Source: Sphyrna mokarran (Eukaryota). Taken from it: a stretch of DNA of 64,000 nt. Shown here one piece after another: positions 36,040-50,793 of the stretch. Under the pieces are notes generated by a model that did not search any database, was not told where the DNA came from, and saw only the letters and a program-made list of their open reading frames with translations. The DNA is taken from NCBI GenBank assembly GCA_024679065.1, contig JAGIQG010000022.1, forward strand, positions 14,632,001 to 14,696,000, read 5' to 3'. Made by a program: the position numbers and the translations under genes. Within the stretch, counting starts at the first letter, position 1. Every line of letters begins with the position of its first letter.

Positions 36040-36630
36040 CTTTCTATCCCATATCCTCTATTCCCTTTCTATAAGATTGCCCATTTCTGCCTTGCCTTGG
36101 CTAATCAGCTGCTGAAACTTCATTTTATTACTTTCAAACCTGATTATAGCAGTGCCACCTGGCTGGCCTTCCATCCTCTGCAAACTCTAGGTCATCCAAA
36201 ACTCCCTTTTTAGAATTCTAATATGTGCCAATTCCATCCATCAACACTTATGCTCACTGACCTACATTACCTTGTCAGTTCAGTAACTCAACATTAACAT
36301 TCTCAAGCTCATGTTCAAATCCTCGTTGGATTTTCTCCTCCCTTTCTCTGCAACTTCTTCCAGCCCTTCAATCATCCAAAAACTCTGCATTCGTTTAATG
36401 TTAGCTGCCCTGTGCACTTCCCTTTGCCACACAATTGATCACTGTCCCTTCAGTGTCTAGGCTCTAAACTGTAATCATTCTTTCTACTTCTTTAGGGCCT
36501 TCTTTAAGACGTACCTCTGATACCTAAATTCTTAGTCACCTATCCATAACATTTCCTGCTTTATCTCAGCGTTAGTCACCTTTGGACATTTTCCCTACAT
36601 CAAGTGTGCGATATAGACAGATGTTGCTGT
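36040..36630 (+). mobile_element. Old L2-like LINE 3' remnant
   Basis: Degenerate DYS.A.LAGLP / VIQNS / TDLH pattern. Confidence 0.55.
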
Positions 36631-39600
36631 ATTGTCATTGAATGATTGGACAGGCCAGCAAGAGAAGGCTCAATCCAAGTTCATAGAGTAAGTCAGGACA
36701 GGTCAGAAATCACCTTGATTAAACTGAGACACAAGATCTGTAACTGCTCTTTATATAGCTGGTATTTATTTAATTTGTTTTCTTCTGATCAGCTCCCTTA
36801 GGGTTCTCTTGCATGTCGACTAACAACTAGCCTCAAAGAAACATTGGTAGAAGACTGACCAAGTTACTTACAATTGGCCATAGATTATGCAGAGTAGACG
36901 TATACAGTTGGGAACAATGGGGAAGGAGTGCCCTACTGAATTGAGTATAACATGCATACATTTATATTTTATAACATTTTCATTCAAAAAAAAATGAATA
37001 ATTGTGTTAGTGGAGAAGCAAATTATTGGTAGTGAATGATGGATTACCTCAATTCTAAGTATGGAGTGCTTCAAAGTACTACCAATGGTTACATATTTAT
37101 ATAGCGTTTCAACTACAATTTAACCAATTTTATTTGTTCTTTAGTGACACTGATGCTTTAGAAAAAAGTGCCAAGGAGGTCATTAGATGCCTTACATTGT
37201 GAACGAGGCTAAGTCATCAAGATAGACAAGAACTCTGCACTTCACTAAAGTGTACTCTTTGGGGAATCAGGTTCAGGTTTCTGAAGGAAACATAGTGCTC
37301 CAATTGGCAGTTTTTCCAAATAAATAGGTTAGGGAAGGACCAGGGTTGGACGAGGCCTGATCTAGATTAGATATCAGGTGATTCTTTTCCCAAAGAATGG
37401 CAAACCCCTGGCATTTTATGCAGTGTACGCTAAATAGCTGAATTATTTCAAATGCGAGCGAGTCCTGTTTCTAACTGAAACAGAAATCACTCTCACAAAG
37501 CGTATATATTTCAGGGCCAGAGTGATTTCCTGAACCAGTTTTCCCTGGTTGCTCTTCCCCACCACAAAAACAGCCTGGGTTTAACCTGGTTTTTTTTTGC
37601 CTCTCCCAGGACGTTGTGGTTTTTAAGTGCAGCAAGGGTTGTATAGTATTGCAGGGTATTGCAATTGTGAGGAATAGATCAGATGGACCTGGGGTCTGTA
37701 CTTCATTGTTCATAGGTTTTTGTGGTCCCTTTAATCAAAGCACAGCACATGCAAAATTCTGCATTTTCTGTGAATTTGTAGTTAATGAACATGAATGTTG
37801 TGTCAAATATGGGCAGAGATCAGTAACAAACTCCATAAATCAGAGGAAGCTTATGTCCTGTTTTGAGTTACTGGCCAGTACCAGGGCTTCCCCTCCACAA
37901 AGAACTTTGCGCAATGTGTACAGTGTGCCTTCAATTTCCATTGTAATCTGTAACAGATAAATGAAAAGGCCATTGTTTACGCAAGTACAAAGTTGGCACA
38001 CATTATCCCTCAGATTTCAAATTAAATTTAGCCTTTTATCTTTTTGCAACTTTGTCCACAAATACACATTGACTTGAATCTTGTTTACAATAGCAAACTA
38101 CATATTGATCTCATTGCTTTATTGTAACAGTTTATGAAATGAGCCTCAGGAATTCTCTTTGCTGTTCCATTGTATACAGAATTTATTGTACTGAATGTTA
38201 AATCATTAAAGGAAATTTTTCCCCTAAAATGTTCTGTTTGGCTCTTTTCTCTGATGCTAAAGTCCTTGCAGTCAACTGGTTAGTTTGCCCGAATGGAAGG
38301 TTTTGCAGCGTGCTGCAATTTCACTGGATTTTAATGAGGTAATACAAGACCAATCCTTTTTTTTTACTACAAGCGCAACCAAGTCGATGTGGCTCAATGA
38401 AATTCTTGAAGCAATGTTGTTGGGCCAACTCAAAAGCAGGGAGTTGAATGACATTGCTAATGAAGACGGAACTGTACCTGACCAACTAAACGCATGTTCA
38501 ACTCAGTATCATTTTCTCACATTTTAGTCACTCATTTCCTCAAGCTCCTTTGGATAGCAGCACTTTTTGATGATTTCTGGGATAACAAGAGTGGTGTCAA
38601 GCTAGGTTTTTTAGTTTTACTTCCTTTGCAGGCATCATTAAAGTCTGCGATCTCTATTGGCACAGCCAATATTTGGAATAGTCTGCACAATGTTGCAGAT
38701 CCCAGCCCACACTAACCACACTGTGGCACAGTTTATTATCAGTACACTACCCCAACAGACATCCATTTCAGTAAAAAGTACATCAAAGTCAATGGCAATT
38801 ATTTCTTAATAATATTCCAGCACATTAATACATCAAAATGCAAACATTTATAGTGTAAGCCATTTTGTTTTTTATTTATAATTTACACCTTTTTCAAATC
38901 ACAAAATTCTTTTTGAAGAAATACAAAACTATTTTTAAAGCCTTTCGTCCATCCATGTCAGGCCATACAATGTTCTGATATACAAGAGTAAAGCTGAGAC
39001 AAATCACTGAACAAAGTATTATAGCAAATGAGTTTTGAGGGGTAAATATCAGGAACATCTCACCTCCCAATACAATCTAAGAACAGGGCTGTAGTGTTTT
39101 AGATATGTAGTCAATTCCTTAACATTTAGGATTAAGTAAAAATGGAGTTAAAAAAATGCAGTAAGTCTTTACCAAGCCACTCAGCCTTTTTCTTAAATTC
39201 CTCTTGCTCTGGAATGCTATTCCTGGCACATGGCTTTCATGGTATTTGCACTTCAATCCAAACCGTAATACAATGAAGCCATTCTATAACTGTTCATTTA
39301 ATATTTGTAGATGGGGTGTGTAGCACACTTTCAAATCTCCACCTATAAAGTGCATCGGATTGGGCTAAACTGGAGAAAAAGAACTGGCATGATTCGTAGC
39401 AATGCCAAAGAGACATGTGGATTATTGCATTATCATGTTTACGCACTTCACATTCCTCTGCCACTTTGACCAGCGCACTGCAGCAAGATTAGGCCCGTTC
39501 TCAGCAAGATTTAGGTTATTCCAAATCATTTCACTGAGGCAAGGTACTCCATCTGAAGGAAGGAAAGTCTGGTCATAGAATCCTATATTACAGGAGGCCA

Positions 39601-41437
39601 TTCAGCCCATCGAGCCTGCACCAACAACAATCCCAGCCAAACTTTATCCTCTATCAGCCCATGTATTTCCCCTGCTAACCCCCTCACACTAGGGGGCAAT
39701 TTAGCAAGACCAATCAATGTAACCTGCACATCTTTGGAGTGTGGGAGAAAACCCACGCGAATACAGATAGAATATGAAAACTCCACACAGTCACCCAAGG
39801 CCGGAATTGAAACCAGGTCCCTAGCACTGAGAGGTAGCAGTGCCAACATTATGCCACTGTGTGGAAGTGTAGCTTTTTGCAAGCGTATAATGACATGGAA
39901 GATAGCCAGCCAGTTTGTACAGCACCCCAATGCATCCCATTTCTTAGCAAAGCAGTCATAAAAGTTAAGACAGAACAGGAGGCTATTCAGTCCATTGAGT
40001 CCAGGTCAGCTCAAGAGCAATCCAGTCATCCAACTACTTCACCACATAGCTGTGCAAGGTTATTTCCCTCAAGTCCCCACACAATTTCATTTGGAATTTG
40101 ATTGTCTCCGGTTGCACCAGCCTCATCAGCTGCAAGTTCCAAATCATTAGTACTCACTATTCAGAAAAAGTTCTCCCTCACATTCCTCCTGCAAATCATA
40201 CTTACAAGCCTAAATCTGTGTCCTCTTTATCATCAGACAAAGGGGAAACTTTCCCTCTCCCCTCTGCACCATCTACCCAATCCAAACCAGTCAACAACAT
40301 CCTATACACCTCCAACTCTGCTCCAACACACAATTCTATAGAGAAGACAAAATGGACAGAACTGGACAATATCATATAATCTGTGTGGGTTTTGAACCCC
40401 AATTCACTCATCTGATAGAAGAGTTCACTTTGGACTCTCTACAGCCTACATAGCCTCTCTGATGAAGTGGAGACATATTGGTCACTTTTCATTCTGAAAC
40501 CACTCGAGCTACACTGAATTGGAAAGTTTTTGACAGTCATGAGGTACAGATTGTGAAATGGTATCTCCATTACCCAGCATATTAAAATCCACACATTTAG
40601 CATAGAATCCCAAATAATTACGTGTCTTTTAAAAAGCAGCAGATTCAGTAGTCAAGAAACATTGGAAGCATTCCATTATGCTAATACGTATACCATTACA
40701 TATGTAGTGGGAAATAATTCCCAAAATAATTCACTTTCATTGATAAGAGCATGTGACTAAAATGTATACTCCATGTACACTGGGGTTCAAGTATAAACCT
40801 TGGGGAACTTATGTCATGCAGGTCTGGGATTGGTGTGGACTTCCACTGCTCTAAAATCCAATTAAAGTCATAATTTTTTTTTACTGGTTTTAATGTTAAA
40901 ATATTGGCTTGTCCAAATTTTTTTTGATAAAATAATATGTTACTAATTTTGAATGTGGAAGAGACACTGAATTCAATTCAAACAGCCATGCCCTTTTAAG
41001 ACTGGAGCGGGCGATGTAGTCAGTCAATTTCAATTACCAAACATACATCAGCAAAGCTGATCTATTTCACGGATTATCTGGACTATTTCAGGACAAGTGT
41101 CACATTTCCCAAAGATGCTCGTCTTCCTCCACCCACTTAAATCACTGCTGCAAAGCCTAGTCAGGTGTCAGGTATTCAGAATGCAACACCACATTTGTCA
41201 AGCATGCGTGCAAACTTGAAGCTCTCGCATTTGCAGTGCACATCTTAACACATATCCTTCAACTGGGTTAAATTTCCAGTTTTCAGTGCCAGCTTGGAGC
41301 GATATCAAGTACGACTACAATCCTGAATACTTGCTTTTTAAAGCAACAAAGGCCCAAAATCAATGACAATCTGCTAAAACAAAAGAGAGTAACCTCAATA
41401 ATCACACTAAAGATACAATAAATTAAAATATTCCACA

Positions 41438-41443
41438 TTTATT
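41438..41443 (-). terminator. Candidate RFLNB poly(A) signal (3' UTR about 2.4 kb)
   Basis: AATAAA on the - strand followed by a U/GU-rich downstream element. Confidence 0.35.
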
Positions 41444-43795
41444 GAGCCAGTTATATATAAAAATGGATGCAAGACCATTGTAGTATGTTTTTTTCTTTCC
41501 AAAAACTGTTTGGGCTGAACTGGGGTATTTGTGCAAATACTTGTTGAACCACATTCTAAAAAGTGTGTAAGAGAAATCATCTTCCTTTAGTCTTTTTGAA
41601 CACTCAAAACAAGAGGAAAAAAATTAGGAAGCAATCTCATGAGTACCCTTCCAAATATTATAAGTGCTTGAGCAGTTTTAAAGTGAACCTTCCACATCAA
41701 CCTTTCTTTCTCGTCCCACCACCCTGCCATCCCCCAAGGAAACTGGCTGTAAAATGTAGCAAATATCGTACCTGCCAACAGGAGCTGGTACAACCTGATG
41801 TCACTAACTTGCTTTGCCCTCAATGCCAATGCCCAGTGTCTGACAGGAGCAGTCCATCCTCAGACTCAAAACTAGCTCTCCTTCATGTGCACAATCTGCC
41901 CTTCTCATTCCAGCAGCAATCGCTGGGGCTGCCAGTCTTATTAGATTTGCTGACTCCATGTTAAAGATCAGCCATAATTGGATTACAACCTCATTAAGAG
42001 CAACCTTTGACCAACCGTGCCAGATAATTAATGACTTTACCCTTTAAAGTTGCACAGTTTTTGTTGTTGCAGATGGGTTACTCTGCAAAACTGAGCATAA
42101 TCTGACTAATTTTTATACACCACGAAGACAAACCACAACACTAAGACAAGTGGACAGTATTCGATTATATACAGGAGGCCATTCGTCCCATTGAGCCTCA
42201 CCAACAATCCCACCCTATTCCTATAACCCCACATACTTATCCTAATTCTCCCCCTCCCCCCCAAAAAACTAGGGTCAATTTAACATGGCCAATCAACCTA
42301 GCCTGCACATCTTTGGAGTGTGGGAGGAAACCGGAGCACTGGGAAGAAATCCACACATGGGGAGAACATGCAAACTCCACACAAAGACAGTGACCCAAGC
42401 TGGGAATTGAACTAGCACCCCTGGCGCTGTAAGGCAGCACTGCTGGCCACTGTGCCGCCCAAATGATGCTGGAGAAATGTAAAGTCTTGCAGGTCAGGGA
42501 GTTGTTCATGATATAGTGCATGATGTGGGTCAAACAGTTCAGGCAAGACTTATTCGAGGAGTAACTGGGTATCTGGGGGTGGTAGGGAGAAGAGGGAGAG
42601 GAGAGGATGACCTTTCTTGTCAGCATCAGTCCACTCGATTCTGTCAGGAGGGTAGCTCCTCTAGTCACTATGGCATTGAAGCAGTTTTCACAACCGCAGA
42701 ATTGGCTTTGGTGAAAACAATTGAAGTGACTGTATAACCAGCCATCTCCGATTGGGTTTCTTAAGGAATCAAAAGAAAAAACATTCCTCCCTCCCACTTA
42801 TAATAAAAGGCAAAATTAAACTATCTTCAGCGTAAGCAAACATGTGGTACTGTTAGCTTTAACTAGGCAAATGACACATTTGGAAATCAATTTCACTGCA
42901 CTTTAATTCAGTAGGGCTTTATGGAATTGTCCTTCATTAAGAGCCAAGACCCACAGTAATCTTTCAACAAGTATGTTGTTATATATACGTACATCTGTCT
43001 GAGCTCTTAGGGAAAATGTTAAGAAATTCCACATTAAAATTCAACTGTGACTGTTTGCTTTATCATGGAGAAATCCACACCAACAAACCTCAGATTTGCC
43101 GATTCCTGACTCTCCACTGCTAATAGTACTTCAAATGAATTATTTTGTGTTTCAAACACAGCATTGTCACCATTATTCACATAAGGAGATATTTCATGTG
43201 CATTCAGGAGCTGTACTGATTAAGGGGAAATGCAGTGAGATTTCTTCAGTCATACTTTGAGCCTTTTTTTGGCCTGGCCACCCCAGCCCTGTATCCAAAC
43301 TGAACACAAAAAGCATTCAGCTACATCCATCTCCAGTCTCAGGGTAGGCTGTTCACAACTTAGACTGGCAATTTATTCCAAGTGTCCTTCCCGACACCAT
43401 ACTTGAGTTTCGGGATCAACGCGTCCATCCATTCCAACGGGGACTAAAACTCAGACTCCCGGTGACAAGACACCTCGCCACCCATCTCCACGTTAAAACA
43501 ATTTTAAACATCGCAACTGGTTCCTTGTGTTTTGTTTCCTTAATCTATTCCTGCCTTATACATGTTAATGGCAACAAAATCTCTAAGAAAATTCCTAAAC
43601 TTTATTGTGAGATTAAAAAAAAAGGAAACACGATAAAGGCTATGTGGCAAGGAGCAAAAGAAATGCAGTATTGAAGAGATTCAGAAGCCACCACGATTTA
43701 GAAGCAAGTATGGACAATCTAAAGAATGACTGGATTCAATAAAAAAAATCCTCGTTGAACAGAAAAAAAAAGCAGGCAGCATTGGTTATTTTAAG

Positions 43796-44123
43796 TCACT
43801 GGCCATCTAAGTGCGCCATTTCACTGTAATCTGTGGCTTCAAGTTCCACACTGGACAAAAATTTGCGTGCCGCTTTTCTGTAGTTATAATCCACGGTGGT
43901 CGTATAGACTGTTTTTGCGTACTTCGGGTACACGATGACAGTGCTTCGGAACCGTCGCGGCTTGTGCTGCGGCTCAAACTTCAGCTCCGTCTTGTAATTC
44001 CGCCATGTGCAGTTGGGAACGCAGATCACTGTCTGGCTGCAGGACCCAACACCTAGTGTGTGCTGCAGGAGCACTTTGTTGACGTAGTGCCGGTCCGAAT
44101 CATACTTCACAGAGGAGGTGTAC
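43796..44123 (-). CDS. RFLNB: RFLNB last exon (coding part)
   Basis: ctcttccAG acceptor; 328 nt to the TGA. Confidence 0.93.
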
Positions 44124-45642
44124 CTGGAAGAGCACAGACAAGGGAGGGAAGGGGGAAAAAGGAGAGAAGGTTAATTCAGAAATGCTCATTTATCCCTCAC
44201 AAGGCAATGTGCCAAAAGGTCTAACTCTGGACTCTAGCCCAGTGGAAGTGGCTAGGCTGTTCATTCATGTCTGGAAACTCAATCACTGGCCAACCAAATC
44301 CACTCCTCATCCATTTGTGGCACAAAGTTGCCCAAGGATCTCTCAGTGGGGGAATATTTCAATGCATTGGCCCACCAATAGTATGTCTAAAATTAGGAGG
44401 ATAAATCAGATAAAAATCCATTTGTGGCAGCTTAGAACAAGAGGCTTGCTAGTCCACTTCAGGGAGACCTGCTAAAAGTCAACTGCATTTCACATTTGGG
44501 ATTTCTCAGTATTAAAAATTTAACTCACTGGTCAACACTTGTTTCCTGAGCAACAATGCTGAAAAACAGATTAGAATTTGTAAAAAGCACCTATTCATTG
44601 CAAGACAATGGAAAATAATTAGCATCCCGGCAAATAATTCCTCCAAGAGTTGAGCAGTGGTAAGTCTCCAGGGAGTTCACACTCAGGAAGGATGCAGCAG
44701 CCATTTTGACAGTCCTCTTTGGCCAACACCCCAGTGAGGTAGAAGGTTAGTAATCAAATTGTTGGCTGACTGACCAGCTAAGGAACAAAAAGAGGGATCA
44801 CCTTGTCCAAGTCAGTTGCTAATAACTAGTGAGGGGAACATAGCGAGAAAACTATTACTCCATTATGGTATGGTGTTACAGTTAACACTTTTGCCTCACA
44901 GACCCAGGTTCAATTCCAACCTCGGGTAACTGCGGAGTTTGCATATTCTCCCCGTGTCTGTGTGGGTTTCCTCAGAGTACTCTGGTTCGTCCCACAGTCC
45001 AAAGATATGCGATTCGTTTGACTGGCCATGTTAAATTGGACCTAGTTCAAGGGATTAGCAGAATAAATACTTGAGGTTACAGGGATAGGGCCTGGGTGGG
45101 ATTGATGTCAGTGCAGGTTCGATGGGAATAATGACCTCCTTTTGTACAGTCAGGATTCTATGATTTTTGAAATAAAGCAAACCAGAGCCATTCTATTCAT
45201 AAGAATTACACTTAGGTCCTGTTAACAGGGATGGCATGACAGTTCATTACAGGGTACTAAGCAATAAGGTCCCAATTGTAAAGAACATAGATTCCACTTT
45301 TGAGAGAAAATAGCCAGAATTTGGGATACACAATTTCATTGATTTAGCCTGCCAGATCCATGTGGGCTTTTATTGCAGCCCAATACATCCCAACACAAAT
45401 TGTTTTATAAAGTAGAAAGTGGGGAAAATTTTATTCTTTAATCACAAAACCTCTCCCCATTTCAGTACTGTAGAAGACCTCCCAGAAACATCCTGCAGCG
45501 TGCATCAATGCATCAAGTGTCACATTATTTACCTAATCTCCTTTGGTGGCAAAGGGTCCACTTCAACTCCTTCTCCAAACGATAATGGATGCAGCCTTGG
45601 CCCAAAGCCCGTGACTGGAAAAGGGGAAGTAATCAGCGAGTC
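43796..45642 (-). CDS. RFLNB: Refilin B (FAM101B), exons 2-3: join(45642..45533, 44123..43796); exon 1 not found in the window
   Basis: PRLHPLSFGEGVEVDPLPPKEIR|YTSSVKYDSDRHY...TWRNYKT...FRSTVIVYPKYAKTVYTTTVDY...FLSSVELE are refilin motifs. The neighbour LIAT1 favours RFLNB over RFLNA. Confidence 0.9.
45533..45642 (-). CDS. RFLNB: RFLNB exon 2
   Basis: ttttttgttgcAG acceptor, AG|GTAAAT donor, 110 nt, phase 0->2. Confidence 0.9.
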
Positions 45643-45999
45643 CTGCAACAAAAAACAATAAAGATGTAATAGTTCAGTGTGGACAGTGTAAACTCCCATA
45701 CCCGCCCACACCGATCCATAGCTCCAGTGACAACCCTGAGCTGGTTTCAGTCAAGCCAATTATTTACTGCGTACTTGAAAAAGCAGCAAGTCCCAATTCA
45801 GGGGGGAAAAAAAACCCTCAAAATTCAGTGAACCTTGATTCCTGATTTGGAGCACAAGGTAATACGGTAGATCATTTGGAGGAGCAGCTTTTTCGATCAG
45901 GCTTCTCTCTTCCAAGGCAAACAGATCTTTTCTTTTTCCAGCCAGTTCACAGCATCAAAACACAATTTGCTGTTTCAGTACAGAGAGCGTATTTCAAAT

Positions 46000-46134
46000 T
46001 TGCGAGGGGTGACCTGATTGAAGTGTTCAAAATTATGAGGGGCACGGACAGTGTGAAGAGACAGCAGCTGTTCCCGTTAGTTGAAGGGTCAGTTACAAGG
46101 GGACACAAGTGAAAAGTGAGGGGTGGGAGGTTTT

Positions 46135-46165
<31 letters not shown>

Positions 46166-46435
46166 GGGGGGGGGGAGCAGAAATTTGAGGGAAAACATCT
46201 TTACCCAGAGGGTGGTGACAGTCTGGAATGCGCTGCCTAGAAGGGTGGTAGAGGCGGGATGCCTCACATTCTTTAAAAAAGTACCTGGATGAGAACTTGG
46301 CACATCACAACATTCAAAGTTATGGGCCAAGTGCTGGCAAGTAGGATTGGGTGGGCAGATCAGGGCCTTTCATGAGTTGGTGCAGACTTGATGGGCTGAA
46401 GGGCCTCTTCTGCACTGTAGGATTCCGTGATTGTG
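46000..46435 (+). mobile_element. CR1-like 3' fragment containing (GT)n and a ~27-nt G run (46149-46175)
   Basis: RGDLIEVFKIMRG...TRGHK motif and tail. Confidence 0.85.
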
Positions 46436-49400
46436 AATTTTGCCTTCTTCAAAGAACAGCAGCAGTGCAACCAGCCTTCTAAATGGACAATCCATTAACT
46501 AATAGTAAGAGGAGAATGGTTCAATCAAGTGCAGCACCATAACCCTTCAGCTGAGTATCTTTCTTAGCAGTCAAATGCATTTTAAAACACTCAAAATATC
46601 CTAATTCTCCTGCAACAGCAAAATATTCTGACATGGAACAGAATCCCAATTTTAAAAAGTTCAGAAGCCTCAGGACAGAAGATGAGATAGCCATTGGTCA
46701 GAGATAAATGTTGCTGTGACCATGTAAAATGTTCATCAGCAAGACACTGCGCAAAATAAGGAAAAACTGATAGTCAAACATTCAGCAGGTCAGACGGCAG
46801 TGGTGGAGAAAGGAAGAAGAGTTAACGTTTCGGTCAATAACCTATTGGAAGTAGTTGGCCAAGTATTAACTGATGTGTTTTATTCAGCTATCCTGGGACG
46901 CAAATAAATTTTGCAGAGTCATTAGCCGGAGAGTGTCCAACACTGCTAAGTCTAGCCGCAGAGTTCCTTTCCTTTGCCTTCACATTCTTTGGACATTAAG
47001 CACACAAAACCTGCTCCAACTATGGCTAACTTCACTGGGAGTTATCATAAAGCAAAAAGGCTCTTTGAATCTACACCGACATGAGAAACATTAGTGGCTT
47101 CAAGCACCATAGTGTCAGAATCATAACAGGTTCTTCATCTCACCATCAAATACCAATCTGTACTAACCCCATTTACCAGGTCTTGAATCACAGCCTACTA
47201 TGCCTTGGTCATTTAAGTGCTCGTCCAGATGTTTCTTAAATGTTGCAAGAGTATCTGCCCCCATCACCCTTTCAAGCGGCATATTCCATATTTCCACCAC
47301 CCTCTGGATGAAAAAAAAATTCCTCAGATCCCCTCTAAACAGGATGAACAGTATGACAGCAGTAATGCTGGGGTCTTATTCATGATTGTCCAAGGCCTGT
47401 TACCTTTCACCTGGTTTAGATTGGAAACTAATAACAATTTATTCCAGAGAACAGACAGATTTTCAATACTGACACAGCTGATCACAGGACTAAAAACGTA
47501 TCTGGCTGCGGGAGGGGAAGAGGGTGGGACCTGCACTTAGTACAGGCTCAGACACAGCACAGGGTTATAAACATATCTAGCTGCATTCTGTTCTGCTGCA
47601 TGAGGTACACCCTTGCAGCAACTTTAGGATTGGGCTCCACCCTAACAGAGAGAGAAAAAAAACTTACATGGTGGCACAGTGACTGTGTGTGGAGTATGCA
47701 CATTCTCCCCGTGCCTGCGTCAGTTTCGTCTGGGTGCTCTGAATTCCTCCCACAGTCCAAAGATATGCAGGTTAGGTGGACTGGCCTTGCTACATGGCCC
47801 TTAGTGTCTGAACTTGTGTAGATAAGGTAAATTAGGGTTATAGGGATCGGGCAGGGGATGCATGTGGCTGGGTAACATGCTAAGTCAGTGCAGGCTTGAT
47901 GGGCTGAATGGCTTCCTTCTGCACTGTAGGCACTCTATGATTCTATATTATAGCCCCTTTTACAATCTGAGGAAGCTCCAAAGCCCTTTACAGCTAGTTT
48001 TGAAATGCCGTCACTGTTGTAATGTAGGAAACACAACAGCCAATTTGCACACAGCTTCCTGTGACAGTGACCAGATAATCTGCTTCCGTGGAGATAATGG
48101 GAGGGATAAACATCGCTCAGCAAACCAGAGAAAACAACTCTGCTTGTTTTCGAAATAGTAACATGGGATCTTTCATCACACCCAAGGGCAGGCTGGGCCT
48201 CAATTTCAACATCTTATCCAAAAGCAATACCTCCAACAGTGTACTGACCTGGAGTGTCAGCCTTAATGTTTGTGCTCAAATTACCCGAGTGGGATTCAAG
48301 CCCACACACAGGAGATGGAAATGCAGCCAGCTGAGCCACATTGACAATAATTCAAAGCCACAAGTCACCAAGCAGACTGTACCATGGCCACCCACACCTA
48401 CCCACCACCCCACAGTTTTCCAGCCTAAAATGTTTACAGGTTGGAGACTGACAATTTCAAATGCCAGGGGTACATCATAGAATCATAGAACCTTACAGTG
48501 CACAAAGAGGCCCTTTGGCCCATCGGCCCATCGAGTCTGCACCAAACACAATCCCACCCAGGCCCTACCCACAAATCCCTCCAATATTATACCCACTAGT
48601 CCCTCTAACCTCCTCTACCCTGGACATTAAGGGGCAATTTCTTAGCATGGCCAATCAACCTAACCCCATATCTTTGGGCTGTGGAAGGAAACCAGAGTAT
48701 CAGGAGAAAACCCACGCAGACACGAGGAGAATGTGCAAACTCTACTCCCTCATACATTGAGGACAGGTGAAGCTTGTGGAGGAGAGGAAACCTACTCCGT
48801 GAGGTCTTGGATGCGTATAGGGCAGCAGACCTTTTGAGTATAGGTGGTCTCCCCTTTCGTGAGATACCCACAAAAGGAGGGATGGGCATTTGTGGAGCTT
48901 TCAGTTTCCTGTTTACCAAAAGATCACCCTCTCCCTCCTGCTTTAAGTATCCAGACCCACATTTCCAACAGCATCACAGGTAGCTAAACAAGTGTGTCAA
49001 ATCCATAATAGGCTGATTATATTGATTTATCAAACAAGGACGTCTGATGTGCCAAACAGCCTTTCCTTGTTTCACTTCTCTTGCCTGCCATTCTGTTGTA
49101 TTGTAAGAGATTGAGCAAATTACTATCAAAAACTCATTTTTAACCATTCTAATTCTCACAGGCTGTAAAAACATTATATGCACCCTCATCCATAATCGAT
49201 TGCACGCAGCAAGTTTACCATTTAAGGACCGTCTAGCTGTGAAAAGAATGAGTGCACCAGACAATTGCCGGTCTATGTCATTTTTCCACTCCCTCTCTAT
49301 ATATTCACTCCATCAACAATGTAATTATCTTTAATTCGAAAGCCGACACGCAAAAAAAACACACAGCTATCCTCAAGTTCCCCTTAATTACAATGCTGTG

Positions 49401-50409
49401 GTATTTAAGTAGCTGCAGAGCTGTCAATCCAGCTCCACAGGGACTCATGGAAGCCACTTCAGCACTGACTTCTAGAGTCAGCCATTGGAAGTGGGCAAGT
49501 GCTTACCCCCACACCAGCTCCCCGCCTACCTTCAAACAAGAAATGGGGTTTGATCTCACCATCTTTTGGGTCAAACAAGAAAGCCAGCCAAAGCTTCTGC
49601 TCTTAATCCCACTCCATGAAACTCATTAAATGACCCAAGTTAAAGAAAAACAGAATACGCACACAGTGAATATCATATAATTGGGCTCAAGTGATACCTT
49701 CCCATAGTCATTTGTACTTTATTAAGATGCCAACCTGAAATAAGTGATTGTAGAAAGAGAAACACAATTAACATTTCCGATCCATCTGACTGAAGGAGAC
49801 TTTCTCCGTTTTTCTCTCTCTGCAGATACTACTAAAGCCCACAGCATTTTCTGTTTCTATTTCAGATTTCCAGCATCTGCAGTATTTTGCTTTTACTGAA
49901 AAGGTGATTAACTGGGCAAAGAGCAGCCATTTAAGTACATCCCAACACGCGTTCAAACCTTGTTTTGGAGAGGTGGTGCAGAGGAAAGAGAGAGGAACAT
50001 AGCTGGAATAGACCATTTAGCTCTACAGCCTGCTCAGCCATTCAAGATGATCATGGCTATTCTGACCATGGTCTCAACTGCACCTTCCTGTTTGCCCCCA
50101 TCCTCCTCGACTCTCTTAATCAAAGATAGCCTTAAAAACATTCAACAACCCAGACTTTACTTCTTCCGTGGGAAGCAAATTCCATAGACTAATGACCCTT
50201 TTAAACCTAAACCACTTATCTTTAAACCATGACCTTTGAGTTCTAGTCTATCCCAAAAGAGGAAACTTGGAATTTACCCTAGCCACCAACTATAAAATAC
50301 TTTTGAATGTGAACAGATAACCAGGATGGAACCTCTGTGCTTCAAGGGCTTGCAGTTTTCGGTACATGTTTACTTTGGCAGGATAGTTAGAAAATCATGA
50401 AGATGCAAG

Positions 50410-50793
50410 TGGTTAAGAGGAGATTTGATAGGTGTTCAAACTGATGAAGGGATGGGGATAGTAAACAGGGAGAAACTGTTCCTGCACATAAAAAGGATCG
50501 AGGACGAGGGGTTACAGATTAAAAATCATTTGCAAGAGAAGCAGATGTGATGCAGGAGAAAACCTTTTCACAAAGCATGAAGATGGGGTCTGGAATACAC
50601 TGCCTGGAAGTGTGGTGGAGGCAGCTTCAATCGAGGCATTCTAGAAGGCAGTAAATGATTATATGAATAGCAACAGTATGCAAGGGGAAAAGACAGGAGA
50701 ATGGCACTGAGTCATAATGGACATTTGGAGAGTCGGTGCAGACACAATGGGCCGAATGGCCCCCTTCTGCGCTGTAACAATTCTGTGATTCTG
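50410..50793 (+). mobile_element. CR1-like 3' fragment
   Basis: Collinear with 21850-22220. Confidence 0.8.

Noticed and set aside
37400-39500. Repeat-poor stretch with short ORFs between LIAT1 and RFLNB
   Set aside because: No recognisable protein or consistent exon structure. It may be UTR or regulatory, but that cannot be supported from sequence alone.
42237-42797. 186-aa ORF
   Set aside because: The C-terminal part is SINE sequence; it lies in the presumed RFLNB 3' UTR and has no domain.
46149-46175. Long G homopolymer as a functional G-quadruplex
   Set aside because: A simple expansion inside a dead CR1; homopolymer length is error-prone and nothing indicates function.
48775-48919. 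Possible alternative RFLNB first exon with nearby ISRE-like GCTTTCAGTTTCC (48897-48909)
   Set aside because: It lacks the refilin N-terminal DSG/PPSP degron, the candidate donor phase does not fit exon 2, and a lone motif is expected by chance.
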